Shown here piece by piece: positions 1-9,634 of a DNA stretch of 57,116 nt. A program made the position numbers and the translations under genes. Origin of the DNA: an uncultured Thermococci archaeon (GTDB lineage Archaea; CAYQAE01; CAYVLA01). Every line of letters begins with the position of its first letter. Positions within the stretch are counted from its first letter, which is position 1. The notes beneath the pieces are model-generated. The model saw nothing but the letters and a program-made list of their open reading frames with translations. It was not told the origin of the DNA and made no database searches. The stretch lies in assembly GCA_964549615.1 (NCBI GenBank), contig CAZJVP010000057.1, positions 1 through 57,116 on the forward strand, written 5' to 3'.

Positions 1-434
1 GAGAAGGGGTGGGCGACATCATCTTCGTCTACTCAGCGGGCCACGCTTGGACTGGCGAAGAGGTCTTGCGCTTGGGGGAGAGGAGGGTGATCTTCCCTGG
101 AACGGGTGCGAACCACGGACCACAGCCACCCTGGACGGAGACCGACATCTCGTCAAACTTCGCGACCCTGATCATGGCCGGGCCGGGCGTTCGCGCCAAG
201 AAGATCAGGGGAGATCTCGACCCGTCGATCGCCCTCGTGGACATCGTCCCCACCTTATGCCATATCTTGGGCCTTCCTCTCCCTCGCCAGTCGCAGGGCA
301 GGGTATTGCACGAGTTGCTGGTCGGCGGATCGCAAAAGAAGCGGAGGCCCCCGGCCCCCAGGTTGATCGTTCCGGAAGCTTTGCCGACAAAGGCGCCCAC
401 CAAGTTCAAAGGGGATGTGACGGACGAGGCTTAA
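1..434 (+). CDS. Alkaline phosphatase superfamily / type I phosphodiesterase-nucleotide pyrophosphatase, C-terminal part (5' truncated by window)
   Basis: GDIIF...NHG...LIMAGPGV...LVDIVPTLCHILGLPLP..SQGRVL is the typical C-terminus of this family and resembles the end of the paralog at 18252-20183. Confidence 0.8.
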   Translation, partial: EGVGDIIFVYSAGHAWTGEEVLRLGERRVIFPGTGANHGPQPPWTETDISSNFATLIMAGPGVRAKKIRGDLDPSIALVDIVPTLCHILGLPLPRQSQGRVLHELLVGGSQKKRRPPAPRLIVPEALPTKAPTKFKGDVTDEA

Positions 435-445
435 TCCGCCTAGTT

Positions 446-478
446 CGCAGTGACAGGACGGCCGAGTGGTCCGTCTGC
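446..478. terminator. Possible stem-loop between convergent genes
   Basis: GACGG-CCGAGTGGT-CCGTC inverted repeat downstream of the stop at 434; no U-tract. Confidence 0.2.
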
Positions 479-520
479 CCTACCGAGTTGTACCCGCATT
501 CGGTCTATAATCGGAACCGG

Positions 521-775
521 CTAGGCGCATGGATACAGGGGCTCCCCGAAGGGGCCGCCGGCCTCCTGCACAGCGCCGTCGGTGTTTTCCCCATGAGAAT
601 CCCCGGGGCCTGGAGAGCCGCGCCATCTCGTGACCTTGAAGAGGGTCAATGCGAGCAAGAAGCCGATCACGACCCCCGCCAGGACAAGAGTCACCGCGTC
701 GCTCTCCCAGAAATCGGCCCACATCCCAGACGCGGCATTCAGGAGTCCATCCATCAGCAAAGTGGCGCCGCTCAC
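521..775 (-). CDS. Small single-pass membrane protein
   Basis: One clear hydrophobic helix (AVTLVLAGVVIGFLLALTLF) followed by basic residues; fills the gap downstream of GH116; start uncertain. Confidence 0.5.
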   Translation of the reverse strand: MSGATLLMDGLLNAASGMWADFWESDAVTLVLAGVVIGFLLALTLFKVTRWRGSPGPGDSHGENTDGAVQEAGGPFGEPLYPCA

Positions 776-876
776 GCATATCCACGCTCAGAGTCCGAAG
801 GGCCGATCGATCGATATAAACCGTTTCCGAGTTCGCCGAACCTGGTTTGCCGTATTCGCAACAGGGCTTGAACGAA

Positions 877-3498
877 TCAAAAAGCCTCGGAGACTATCGA
901 CAGCGACTGACCGCCTGAGAGCTTGATGTCCGCTTTGACGACTATCTGCTTCCTATTGCTCGCGATCCAAGCCCCTTCCACGGCATTCCCGCCCAGGAAC
1001 ACCTTGACGGAACTGGGACCCTTTAGCAACCGAGGTATGCGAATCTCCTTGAGGCTCAGATCGCCGAACTTGAGCTCTATTTGGCACACCTGTCTGTTGC
1101 CATCCAGCTCCTGCGTGTATGTCCCCCATCCTTTGGCCCCGACGAAAAGGCACCTGAAGCTTTCCTGGTTCAGCCGGGGCCGGAATCCCAGCACTCCTTT
1201 TGATGCGTCGTAGACATATCCGCTGAGGGCCTCCAGCATCGTCCAGCTGCTCAGCGGGCGCACGTAGTGGTCGCCGCACTCGACCTCATTCCAAGGGTTC
1301 CTGAGCGTGCCGTCATGGCGTTTCCTTGCAAGGCCGACGATCCGCATGCCCTCCTCGATCATGCCTTCATAGAACATGAGGCCGGCAACCGAGTACTCTA
1401 TCCCGGTCCAAACCTCATCGCAGTACAGGGTCACTGGGTCCGGCCTGCCGCCCTTCGGCCAAGTGCAGATCAACAGCCCACCTTCCTCGCTCTTCAGATA
1501 GACCCTGGGTCTCTGTAAGTGTGTTCCCAGCCTCTGCCGAAGGTTGTGCTTGCATATCGATTCAAGGGCCCGCCTGACATGCTCCTTGGGGAGTATGTAG
1601 CCCAGGTCGAGCACGTGCGCCCACCACTGGCCCAGCAGCTGATCGGAGTGGCAACCGCTTCCGTACTGCATCGACTTGTGCTTCTGCTCATCGTATCGCT
1701 GCACGAAATACTCCCCATTCCACAATTCCGAGTCGATCAACGATGACCCTTTAGCAAATATCGCTCGGCACTTCTTTGCGAGGCTGTTCTGGCGCCTGAT
1801 CTTGGACATCTCCTCCATCGCGCGAAGCGCCGCAAGGTAGAGTCCGCTGACGAAGCTGTTGTGACCCTGAAGGTGACAGTCGTAGGTGTTCCATTGAGGC
1901 CCATCGAACATCCCGTCCATATCGGGATCCCACGTCGCTATTGCGTAGTCCAGCGCCTTCACAAGCGCCGGCCAATGCTTGTCAAGTAAACCTGCGTCCC
2001 CGCAGCGCCTGTATTCCCGGTAGGTTTTCAGGATCGTGCCGCAGTGTCCGTCCGCTGCGTAGACGTGTGAAGTCCGATCCTCATCGTGCCACCTCGGAAG
2101 GTAAAGGGGTAGGACCGTGCGGTGAGGGATGCGGCCGTCGGCGCCCATCTGCCAGACCAGGTCCGCCTCTCTCATCTTTCTCTCCAGTTCCGGGAACAAA
2201 ACGGAAAGCGCCTGCTCGTAGTTCCACACATGCGTGCAGTTCAGCGGGCAGCAACCACCCACGGCCCACGAAGATCCGGTGCTTGCCCCGCAGCATCCCT
2301 CGAAGCCGTAGAACATGCCGTCCTCCGTCCAGAAGCATGTGGGACTCCTGATCGTTGAGATCTGGGACGAGACCGCGTCCAAGACGGCGGGCGGCAGGGT
2401 CGTCCCGAAGAGGCAGTCCCTGAACAGCTCAGTCTTCGCTCGCAGGTCGTCGTAGTGTTCGATGGCGTAGTCCAGCACATCGAGCACCCCCCTGTACCAG
2501 TTCGCGTACATGTTGCCGAGCCAGAACATGGTCTTGTCGTCGTTGACGCCCAGCCCCTTCTGGTCCCAGTTCACGTACCGATTCGGAAAGTACCAGGCGA
2601 TCGCGAACACTGTCTCCTGCGATTCTCCCGGCTTGAGGCGCAAACATCGGCCCAGCGCCCCGTTCCACGTCCGACCGAGCTCGCTTGAGAAGGACGGACC
2701 GCTCGTCAGACGACCATCCGAAACGAAATCCGCCCAAAGTTCGCCCGGGTCCTCCCAGTGCGGCCGCATCCATGCATCTTCCGCAAGGAGGGCAAGGGCC
2801 ATCTCGCCGCTTCTGGGGGATCTCTTGTCGACGAGGTCGTTGCCCATAAGCAGTATTGTTGCGCCCCTTCTGGAAACCGGCGTGTTCCTGTTTCCACCGT
2901 ACAGGGGACAGGACGTCCCCGAGACAGGGGTCACACCGTCCCAGCCGACGGCATTCTGCAGAGAAGCCATGGCCGAAACGCTCACATCCTCTCGGGAAGG
3001 GTTGCGGAGGCGAAGAACGAGGAAGGCTAGGGGGAGGCCAGAGTTCTTCTGGTCCAAGGGAACGAAGGGAGAGAAAGCTGAAAGCTCCACGTCTACGGGT
3101 AGATCCGGATCCTTGTACTCAAGGCGTGCGATCGGGTACTGCCCGGTAAATCTTATCCTCGCCACTCCGGGCAGGGTTTCCATCAGACGCTTCGCTTCCG
3201 CAGGCACGATGTGATCGCTCACCAGGGGCGCGGGACTGAATCCTTCGTCCGAGTACAGCGCACTGGACTGCAGCAGCATGGCCTTCGGTTCCTGTCCCCT
3301 CCTGCAGGTGCTGATTGCGAGAAAGGTCCCGGGAAGGTAGGCCAGATGGTTGACTTGGTTGAAGATCTGCCACTGCCTGAACCCTCCGTCCCCGCAGATG
3401 CAGAAATGCCCCGTCCCAATGCCTCCTAAGGGAAATGCCAGCGCTCTTAGGGCCGGGCCCTCGTATACGAAGGGCGTATGCCCCTCTGGGACTTCCAT
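877..3498 (-). CDS. Glycoside hydrolase family 116 (non-lysosomal glucosylceramidase/GBA2-like beta-glycosidase)
   Basis: N-terminal FPLGGIGTG, WQIFN and GQYPIA motifs; catalytic region FYGFEG, CTHVWNYEQ, QWNTYD, LWNGEYF, DQLLGQW, EVWTGIEY, NPWNEVECGDHYVR; GGAG SD upstream. Confidence 0.93.
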   Translation of the reverse strand: MEVPEGHTPFVYEGPALRALAFPLGGIGTGHFCICGDGGFRQWQIFNQVNHLAYLPGTFLAISTCRRGQEPKAMLLQSSALYSDEGFSPAPLVSDHIVPAEAKRLMETLPGVARIRFTGQYPIARLEYKDPDLPVDVELSAFSPFVPLDQKNSGLPLAFLVLRLRNPSREDVSVSAMASLQNAVGWDGVTPVSGTSCPLYGGNRNTPVSRRGATILLMGNDLVDKRSPRSGEMALALLAEDAWMRPHWEDPGELWADFVSDGRLTSGPSFSSELGRTWNGALGRCLRLKPGESQETVFAIAWYFPNRYVNWDQKGLGVNDDKTMFWLGNMYANWYRGVLDVLDYAIEHYDDLRAKTELFRDCLFGTTLPPAVLDAVSSQISTIRSPTCFWTEDGMFYGFEGCCGASTGSSWAVGGCCPLNCTHVWNYEQALSVLFPELERKMREADLVWQMGADGRIPHRTVLPLYLPRWHDEDRTSHVYAADGHCGTILKTYREYRRCGDAGLLDKHWPALVKALDYAIATWDPDMDGMFDGPQWNTYDCHLQGHNSFVSGLYLAALRAMEEMSKIRRQNSLAKKCRAIFAKGSSLIDSELWNGEYFVQRYDEQKHKSMQYGSGCHSDQLLGQWWAHVLDLGYILPKEHVRRALESICKHNLRQRLGTHLQRPRVYLKSEEGGLLICTWPKGGRPDPVTLYCDEVWTGIEYSVAGLMFYEGMIEEGMRIVGLARKRHDGTLRNPWNEVECGDHYVRPLSSWTMLEALSGYVYDASKGVLGFRPRLNQESFRCLFVGAKGWGTYTQELDGNRQVCQIELKFGDLSLKEIRIPRLLKGPSSVKVFLGGNAVEGAWIASNRKQIVVKADIKLSGGQSLSIVSEAF

Positions 3499-3711
3499 GA
3501 TTCTCCTCCGACCATTGCCGTCGCGAACCGCTTATAACGATTCCGCCCATGAACGGATCCTGCGGCCTAGATTAGGGAAAACCCCAATCCCAGCCCCTCG
3601 ACTTCGCGGGCCCACGTCCAACCAATGCTTCAAAGAATCATCCGTTTGCATCCCGAAGTTCCTCCGGTACATTCAAAAGGCCGCCGGCCCGGCTGCTGCG
3701 GAGGCGCGGAA

Positions 3712-5241
3712 ATGGTGCTGCCCTTCGTGAAGGCAGAAACCTGGCTGCAGACGCTGACCGAAGAAGTCGACCTTCAGAGGATCACTACGCCGCTCAGGGT
3801 CGAGAAGGAGGAATTGATTCAGGTCCCCTGCAGGGTTGGGGGGAGGAAGCGGGAGATCTCGGTGCGGCAGTACGACATCACGTTCAGCTTCAGGGGCACG
3901 AACGGAAGAGACCTGAAGGGATCTGGCAGGCTTTTCATCCCGACCAAGAGGCCCCGCGAAAGGCTGCCGATCGTTGTCAGCATGCATTACGAGATGGACG
4001 CAAAGGCATCGGGCCGATTCCTAGCCAGGGGCTGGGCAACCATGACCCCGCACGGGGAGAGAAGCTACGTAGCTGCAAACCTCATGGGACACGGCCTGAA
4101 CCACTCCGCCTGCATGGCCCAACTGCCCAGGCGAATGCCCTTCGTGGACCAGCGGCGGGTCATCCTCTTCGGAGCGAGCGCGGGCGGCTACCACGCGCTC
4201 ATGGCCTCCTCCATGGTTTTCCCACTCACGGCAGTCTGCGCCCTGGTCCCTCCGCTGAACCTGAAGTACAATATCAACTACCTCGTCAAGAATGACCCGC
4301 TCAACGTCAACCCCCAGGACCCCCAGAAGCCCCTGGCGCCGGTCGTCAGGGCCGTCATGATCGTTGGAACCGAGACGTCGAAGGGAGGAAGGCCGGACGA
4401 ACAAGATTGGAAGCCCTTCAGCCCGACCTTTCGGACGGACCTGATGACCTTCCCGACCCTGATCACCTACAGCACCGCGGATGTCTTAGTTCCGATTCAA
4501 CAACTGTCTGAGGATCTCGTCCGAGAACCGCCGCCGGGCCTGTGGCCCAAGGGCTACACGTTCGATATGTCAAAGCTCGTCCCAAACCGGTCAGAGAGGA
4601 AGACCCTGATGAGCGTCCTCCGGCCCAACCAATATTCGCTTCGATGCCTAAGGATACCGCGGAACTCCCCGACGATCCTCAGGAAGAGGGAGGAGATGCC
4701 CCCAGATGAGGCTTCCAGAATTCCGCGCCATACGGTTACCTGGAGCAAGACCAAGAGACTATCCATCTTCGTCCTCGACGAGGGGTACCCCGAGCCCTTC
4801 TGTGGCCACACCAAGTATCACCACGAACTTCAAGATCAGGACTTCTTCCAGTACTACATGTCCCGGTCCACGTTCAGGCCCGAGATTCTGAACAAGGAGA
4901 AGCTCGCGCAGCTCATGCGTCGTTTCTCCCAAAGAGAGGAGCCCACCGGGAGAGAGTATTTCGGCGACGAATCATGGCCCATCTCGCGCCTGGACCACCC
5001 CCATATCGAGCGCTGGTACGTCGCGACGGGCCTGGAACTCTACGTGCGATCTTCTAAGCAGAACGCCACCAGGGCGCTCAACCTCTACCGGCAGCTCCCG
5101 GCTGCCCTGCAGGTACTAGATCTGGATTCGTGTAGCTTTGAGGAGGACCCCTTGTCGGTCCTTCTCGAGCATCGATGTCAAGCCCTCGAACAGGGCGGTG
5201 ACGCCATGATGGCGGCACGCCTGAGGAAGTCGGCGGGCTAG
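3712..5241 (+). CDS. Alpha/beta-hydrolase fold protein
   Basis: Nucleophile elbow ILFGASAGG preceded by PIVVSMH; candidate acid in TADVLVP and His in FCGH; ATG at 3712 after GGAGG chosen over ORF start 3625. Confidence 0.65.
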   Translation: MVLPFVKAETWLQTLTEEVDLQRITTPLRVEKEELIQVPCRVGGRKREISVRQYDITFSFRGTNGRDLKGSGRLFIPTKRPRERLPIVVSMHYEMDAKASGRFLARGWATMTPHGERSYVAANLMGHGLNHSACMAQLPRRMPFVDQRRVILFGASAGGYHALMASSMVFPLTAVCALVPPLNLKYNINYLVKNDPLNVNPQDPQKPLAPVVRAVMIVGTETSKGGRPDEQDWKPFSPTFRTDLMTFPTLITYSTADVLVPIQQLSEDLVREPPPGLWPKGYTFDMSKLVPNRSERKTLMSVLRPNQYSLRCLRIPRNSPTILRKREEMPPDEASRIPRHTVTWSKTKRLSIFVLDEGYPEPFCGHTKYHHELQDQDFFQYYMSRSTFRPEILNKEKLAQLMRRFSQREEPTGREYFGDESWPISRLDHPHIERWYVATGLELYVRSSKQNATRALNLYRQLPAALQVLDLDSCSFEEDPLSVLLEHRCQALEQGGDAMMAARLRKSAG

Positions 5242-5266
5242 CTCGTCCTTAGAGGGGTCTAAGCCC

Positions 5267-6451
5267 ATGGAAGACCGCAAACCGGACGTTGCAAGCCTGA
5301 CCGGACCGATGCGGGCGAGCCTGGAGGATATCGACTCACTGATCCAGCTTCTGGATGAGTGCTTCCCGCGAGATCGGGCGTTGGGAGGAATGCTCCCGAG
5401 GTGGCCACACTGCTTCAGAAAGGAAAATATCCGGAACTCCCTCATCATCAAGGATGGGACAAAAGTCGTAAGCCACGTGGGATGCGTCGACCAGACGGTG
5501 ATGCTGGAGCGGGGGAAGGTGAGGGTGGCCGGGATCAGCGGCGTCGCGACCAAACCGGAGTACAGGGGAATGGGACTGATGACGAAGATCCTTCTCTACA
5601 CAGAGGACTTCCTCAAGCAGCAGGGATACGCGCTGTCTGATCTGGGCGGGGACAGGCAGCGCTACGGCCACTTCGGGTGGGAGCTTGCCGGGAGGGTCTG
5701 GCAGTTCAACCTGACCGCTCGCTCCCTCGCGTCGCAAGACGAACCCGGCGGATATGAGGTCCTCCGGTACTCGGCAACTCCGGACGAGGTTGACAGGACG
5801 CTTGCTTTGAACCGGCGCCAGCGGATCGGCGTGAGAAGGGACCGCAAGCTTCATTCATTGCTGCTGGGGCGTCTCGGGAAGGAGGTTCTTCTTGCTAAGA
5901 AGAAGCGCGTGATCCAAGCCTACGCGGTCATCGAACGCCAGGAGAAATGGGCCCACGTCGGCGAATTCGCCGGAGCCACGGACGGCGTTCATTCAATCCT
6001 CGTGCACCTCGTCGGCCTCGGGGCCGAGTCGATTTCCGTCCCCTCCCCGTGGTCCCATCCGGCGAACGAGATGCTCATGGGCGTGAGCTCGAGCTGGCAG
6101 GTCAACTGCTTGCGCAACATCAAGATAATCGACCTGCTGGCAACTGTCGAGGCCTTCTCAGCCCAGATCTGCAAACGGTACAGGGATCTCGGATTGGTGT
6201 CCACAAGAACGCTGACGTTCGGAATCGAGGGGGAACCGCATGCAGTCAAGGTAAGATTCTCGCGGCGAGGGACGAAGGCCAGACAGGTTCCCGTTGGAAA
6301 GGATGCGATAGTCCTGCCTAGGAGGGAGATGGCTCAGTTCCTCTTTGGCCCGTGGTCCCCCGGAGCAATCGCGGACCTCCGCGCTGACGCGCGGTTCTTG
6401 GACGGGCTCTTTCCGCTAGATTTTCACATATGGCACAATGAGATGGTGTGA
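5267..6451 (+). CDS. GNAT N-acetyltransferase, Eis-like (GNAT plus SCP2-like C-terminus)
   Basis: VAGISGVATKPEYRGMGLMT acetyl-CoA motif A; RYGHFGWE; ~390-aa Eis-like layout. Confidence 0.85.
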   Translation: MEDRKPDVASLTGPMRASLEDIDSLIQLLDECFPRDRALGGMLPRWPHCFRKENIRNSLIIKDGTKVVSHVGCVDQTVMLERGKVRVAGISGVATKPEYRGMGLMTKILLYTEDFLKQQGYALSDLGGDRQRYGHFGWELAGRVWQFNLTARSLASQDEPGGYEVLRYSATPDEVDRTLALNRRQRIGVRRDRKLHSLLLGRLGKEVLLAKKKRVIQAYAVIERQEKWAHVGEFAGATDGVHSILVHLVGLGAESISVPSPWSHPANEMLMGVSSSWQVNCLRNIKIIDLLATVEAFSAQICKRYRDLGLVSTRTLTFGIEGEPHAVKVRFSRRGTKARQVPVGKDAIVLPRREMAQFLFGPWSPGAIADLRADARFLDGLFPLDFHIWHNEMV

Positions 6452-6587
6452 AGCCGCGCGTGAACCCGAACACTGCGACGATCCCGCAACTTGCCGCGCC
6501 CGACGCGCCGTTGCCCCCTAACAAGGGGCATACGGATGCGACCCGGAGAGATTTTTCTGGCCGGCATGCCGCGATTTCAGGATACCC

Positions 6588-7877
6588 TTGGTTACCCTAC
6601 TATCTAACCTCCAGGAGACCTTGCTGCCCAACGGACTGAAGATCCTGACCAAGGAGGTTCCGTCCTCCCCGGCCATCAGCCACTGGGTCTGGTACCGCGC
6701 CGGGTCCCGCTACGAAGTGCCGGGAATCACCGGTATCTCCCATTGGGTCGAACACATGCTGTTCAAGGGGACCAAGAACTTCACCAAGGACAGGATCGAC
6801 CGCCTCCTGAGCAAGAACGGGGGTACCTACAACGCGTTCACCTCCCAGGACCATACGACGTACTTCGAGACTCTTCCCGCCCGCCAGCTGGACCTCGCAC
6901 TGAGGATCGAGGCTGACCGGATGCAGAATGCCACGTTTCCGCCGGAGGAGGTTGAGGCCGAGAGAACGGTCGTGATATCGGAGCGAGAAGGAATGGAGAA
7001 CGAGCCAACCTATCTCCTGTATGAGGAAGTTCTCGCATCCGCTTTCAAGGTTCACCCCTACCGCTGGCCGGTGATAGGTTGGACCTGTGACCTGAAGGCA
7101 ATGACGCGGGATGACCTGTACAACTACTATCGCGAGGTCTACTCGCCGAGCAACGCTTTCCTCGTGCTGGTCGGTAGGTTCGACCGAAAGAAGACCCTTG
7201 AGAGGATAAGCGAGCTGTATGGGGCCATCCCACCCGGGAAAGGGCTGAGAAGGCAGGTGCCCCCCGAGCCGCCGCAAAGCGGGGAAAGGAGGGTGTTGGT
7301 GAGAAAGCCGGGGAACACCGAGTACGTTATGGTCGCCTACCACGTTCCGCCTCCCTCGCACGACGACGCCTCTGCGCTGATGATCCTGGACGCGATCATG
7401 AGCGGTGCAAAGGCAGTGAGGTCCGGCCCGAGCTTCGAGAGAAGCGGAAGGCTCTACAAGGCCCTCGTTGAGAAGCAGCTCGCCTCCGCTGCCCATTCGA
7501 GTTATCAGGAGTCCGTGGACCCGAACCTCTTCACCTTCTTCGTCACGGCCAAGGCAAGCGTGCCGGCCGAGAAGGTCGAGAAGGCATTGCTGCGCGAGGT
7601 CGACAGAATACGATCGAGGCCCCCGTCACCCAAGGAGTCAAGAAGGGCCCTGGCTCAGACCGAGGCGCAACTTGCGTATGCAACCGACGGCGTCACGGGA
7701 CAAGCGTACCTCATCGGGGCCTTCGAGCTTCACCTGGGATACCAGCATCTGGCCAGAATCCTTGACAAGCTCAAGGCCGTATCGCCCTCGGACGTCCAGA
7801 GGGTGGCTGAAAACTACCTAGCGGAGGACAACCGAACGGTTGGCATATTCAAGCCGACAAAGGAGAGCTCCAAATGA
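6588..7877 (+). CDS. M16 (pitrilysin/insulinase) zinc peptidase, catalytic subunit
   Basis: LPNGLKI, GSRYE..GISHWVEHMLFKGT (HxxEH), NAFTS, ERTVVISER, HPYRWPVIG. Confidence 0.95.
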   Translation: MVTLLSNLQETLLPNGLKILTKEVPSSPAISHWVWYRAGSRYEVPGITGISHWVEHMLFKGTKNFTKDRIDRLLSKNGGTYNAFTSQDHTTYFETLPARQLDLALRIEADRMQNATFPPEEVEAERTVVISEREGMENEPTYLLYEEVLASAFKVHPYRWPVIGWTCDLKAMTRDDLYNYYREVYSPSNAFLVLVGRFDRKKTLERISELYGAIPPGKGLRRQVPPEPPQSGERRVLVRKPGNTEYVMVAYHVPPPSHDDASALMILDAIMSGAKAVRSGPSFERSGRLYKALVEKQLASAAHSSYQESVDPNLFTFFVTAKASVPAEKVEKALLREVDRIRSRPPSPKESRRALAQTEAQLAYATDGVTGQAYLIGAFELHLGYQHLARILDKLKAVSPSDVQRVAENYLAEDNRTVGIFKPTKESSK

Positions 7878-9145
7878 GAACCCTCGCGGGCTCACTGCGC
7901 ATCGAGAGGCTGGAGTTCGATAACGGTCTCGTCGTCTTGGTCAACCCGAGGCCCGATTCCGAGTTGATAGTCATAACCGGATCTTCACTCGCAGGAGCCG
8001 TCTTCGATCCCAAATCGAAGCCCGGGCTATCCCAGTTCACATCGGGGATGATGATGCGGGGAACGAAGAAGCGCAGGCACATGGAGATCGTGGACGAGAC
8101 GGAGTCCCTCGGTGCTGGAATAAGGTTCCACGCCGATGATGATCTGGCATGGTCCACCTCAAGATGCACGCCTGCCACCTTGGACAAGACCGTAGAGCTC
8201 CTTTTTGACTGCATGATGAACCCGACCTTCCCGGAGGCCGAGATCGAGAAGGTGAGGGGACTGATGCTGACCAGCATCAAGGAGAGGGAAGATAGCACGC
8301 AAGCCGTGGCACAGCGTCTTGCTAGGGAGATGCTTTTCCCAGAGGGCAACCCGTACCACTCGGATCCGGGCGGGTATGAGGAGACCGTGAACGCCATCAC
8401 GAGGGACGATGTGGCCCGCTTCTGGGAACGACAGTATGGCCCTGAGTCCACCATCCTCGCCTTCTCGGGTAGGGTTACCACCGACGAGGTCAAGAGGAGG
8501 ATTGAACACTACTGCAAGGACTGGGACGCGCGCTACCCAAGGCCCGACGTACCCACCGTTGAGGTGCCCAGGCCGACAAAGCCGGCCTGCAAAGTCCTAC
8601 CCATGATGCACAAGTCCCAGGTCGATATCGTCATGATGTGCCAGACGGTGCCCAGGTCCCATCCGGACCATTATCCTTTGGCCTCCGCCACCGTCATCCT
8701 GGGCAAGCTCGGACTCATGGGGCGGCTCGGCAAGACGATCAGGGATAGACAGGGACTGGCCTACTATGCCACATGCTCCTACTCCCCTAGGATCACAGGG
8801 GGTTACTGGACCGCTTTCGCGGGCGTCGATCCGGCCAACGTCGACAGGGCCGTCGAAAGCATGAAACAGGAGATGCAGAAGATCTCCCGGGAGCTCGTCA
8901 GTAAGAACGAGCATCGCGACTCCGCGACCCACCAAGTCGGCTCCCTGGCGCTAAAGCTCGAAACAGCCCAAGCTGCAGCGGCATTCATGCACAGCATCGA
9001 GATCTACGGCCTCGGACTCGACTTCGTTGACAGGTACGAGGAGATCGTGAACTCCGTCTCGCGGGAAGACATCAGGCGCGTGTGTCAAGCGTACCTCAGA
9101 CCAGAGGAGGCCTGCACCGCCGTCGTCGGACCATACGCGGCGTAG
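7874..9145 (+). CDS. M16 peptidase, non-catalytic partner subunit
   Basis: M16 fold (FDNGLVV, GLSQFTSGMMMRGT) lacking HxxEH; RLGKTIRDRQGLAYY R/Y motif; overlaps the end of the preceding gene. Confidence 0.9.
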   Translation: MRTLAGSLRIERLEFDNGLVVLVNPRPDSELIVITGSSLAGAVFDPKSKPGLSQFTSGMMMRGTKKRRHMEIVDETESLGAGIRFHADDDLAWSTSRCTPATLDKTVELLFDCMMNPTFPEAEIEKVRGLMLTSIKEREDSTQAVAQRLAREMLFPEGNPYHSDPGGYEETVNAITRDDVARFWERQYGPESTILAFSGRVTTDEVKRRIEHYCKDWDARYPRPDVPTVEVPRPTKPACKVLPMMHKSQVDIVMMCQTVPRSHPDHYPLASATVILGKLGLMGRLGKTIRDRQGLAYYATCSYSPRITGGYWTAFAGVDPANVDRAVESMKQEMQKISRELVSKNEHRDSATHQVGSLALKLETAQAAAAFMHSIEIYGLGLDFVDRYEEIVNSVSREDIRRVCQAYLRPEEACTAVVGPYAA

Positions 9146-9170
9146 CCAAACCTCCAGTTCCAGGAAACAT

Positions 9171-9551
9171 CTACTTTCTTCCACCCCGGGTCCTGTAGAT
9201 GCGTCTGGCCGAGATCCCGCCCAGCAATCCGACGGCAACAACCGCCATGATGCCGGTAGCACTCGGAGCAGTGCCCACCAACACCATCAGCAGTTGATCA
9301 AGCACCCCTTTGACCAGTCCGGCGAGCATCCCGTGGTACATCTCTTGATACGGAGTGCGCCTGCCCGCATACAAGCCGCCCACGAAGGCCGAGCCGAGGT
9401 TCATCAAGCCAAGGGTAACGACGCCTGTACCGTCGAGAGCTAGGACGAGGACGAAATTCAGAAAGAAGGCGAGGATTCCTCCTTTCGATGCTTCTTTCCA
9501 GTTGGTGAATCTGATCTCACGCTCCACTGCCATCATCCGCCAAGCGGCCAC
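9171..9551 (-). CDS. Small multi-pass membrane protein (about 4 TM, Gly-rich)
   Basis: Hydrophobic helices with FVGGLYAG, HGMLAG and VGLLGG patterns; start may be a later Met (MMAVER). Confidence 0.7.
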   Translation of the reverse strand: MAAWRMMAVEREIRFTNWKEASKGGILAFFLNFVLVLALDGTGVVTLGLMNLGSAFVGGLYAGRRTPYQEMYHGMLAGLVKGVLDQLLMVLVGTAPSATGIMAVVAVGLLGGISARRIYRTRGGRK

Positions 9552-9634
9552 AGGCCATTCCAGACCGAGATGCCCTGCGCTCGGCCGGGAAAAACAATTT
9601 CATCTCGGCTTGGGAAGCACAACGGGGCGAGTGG

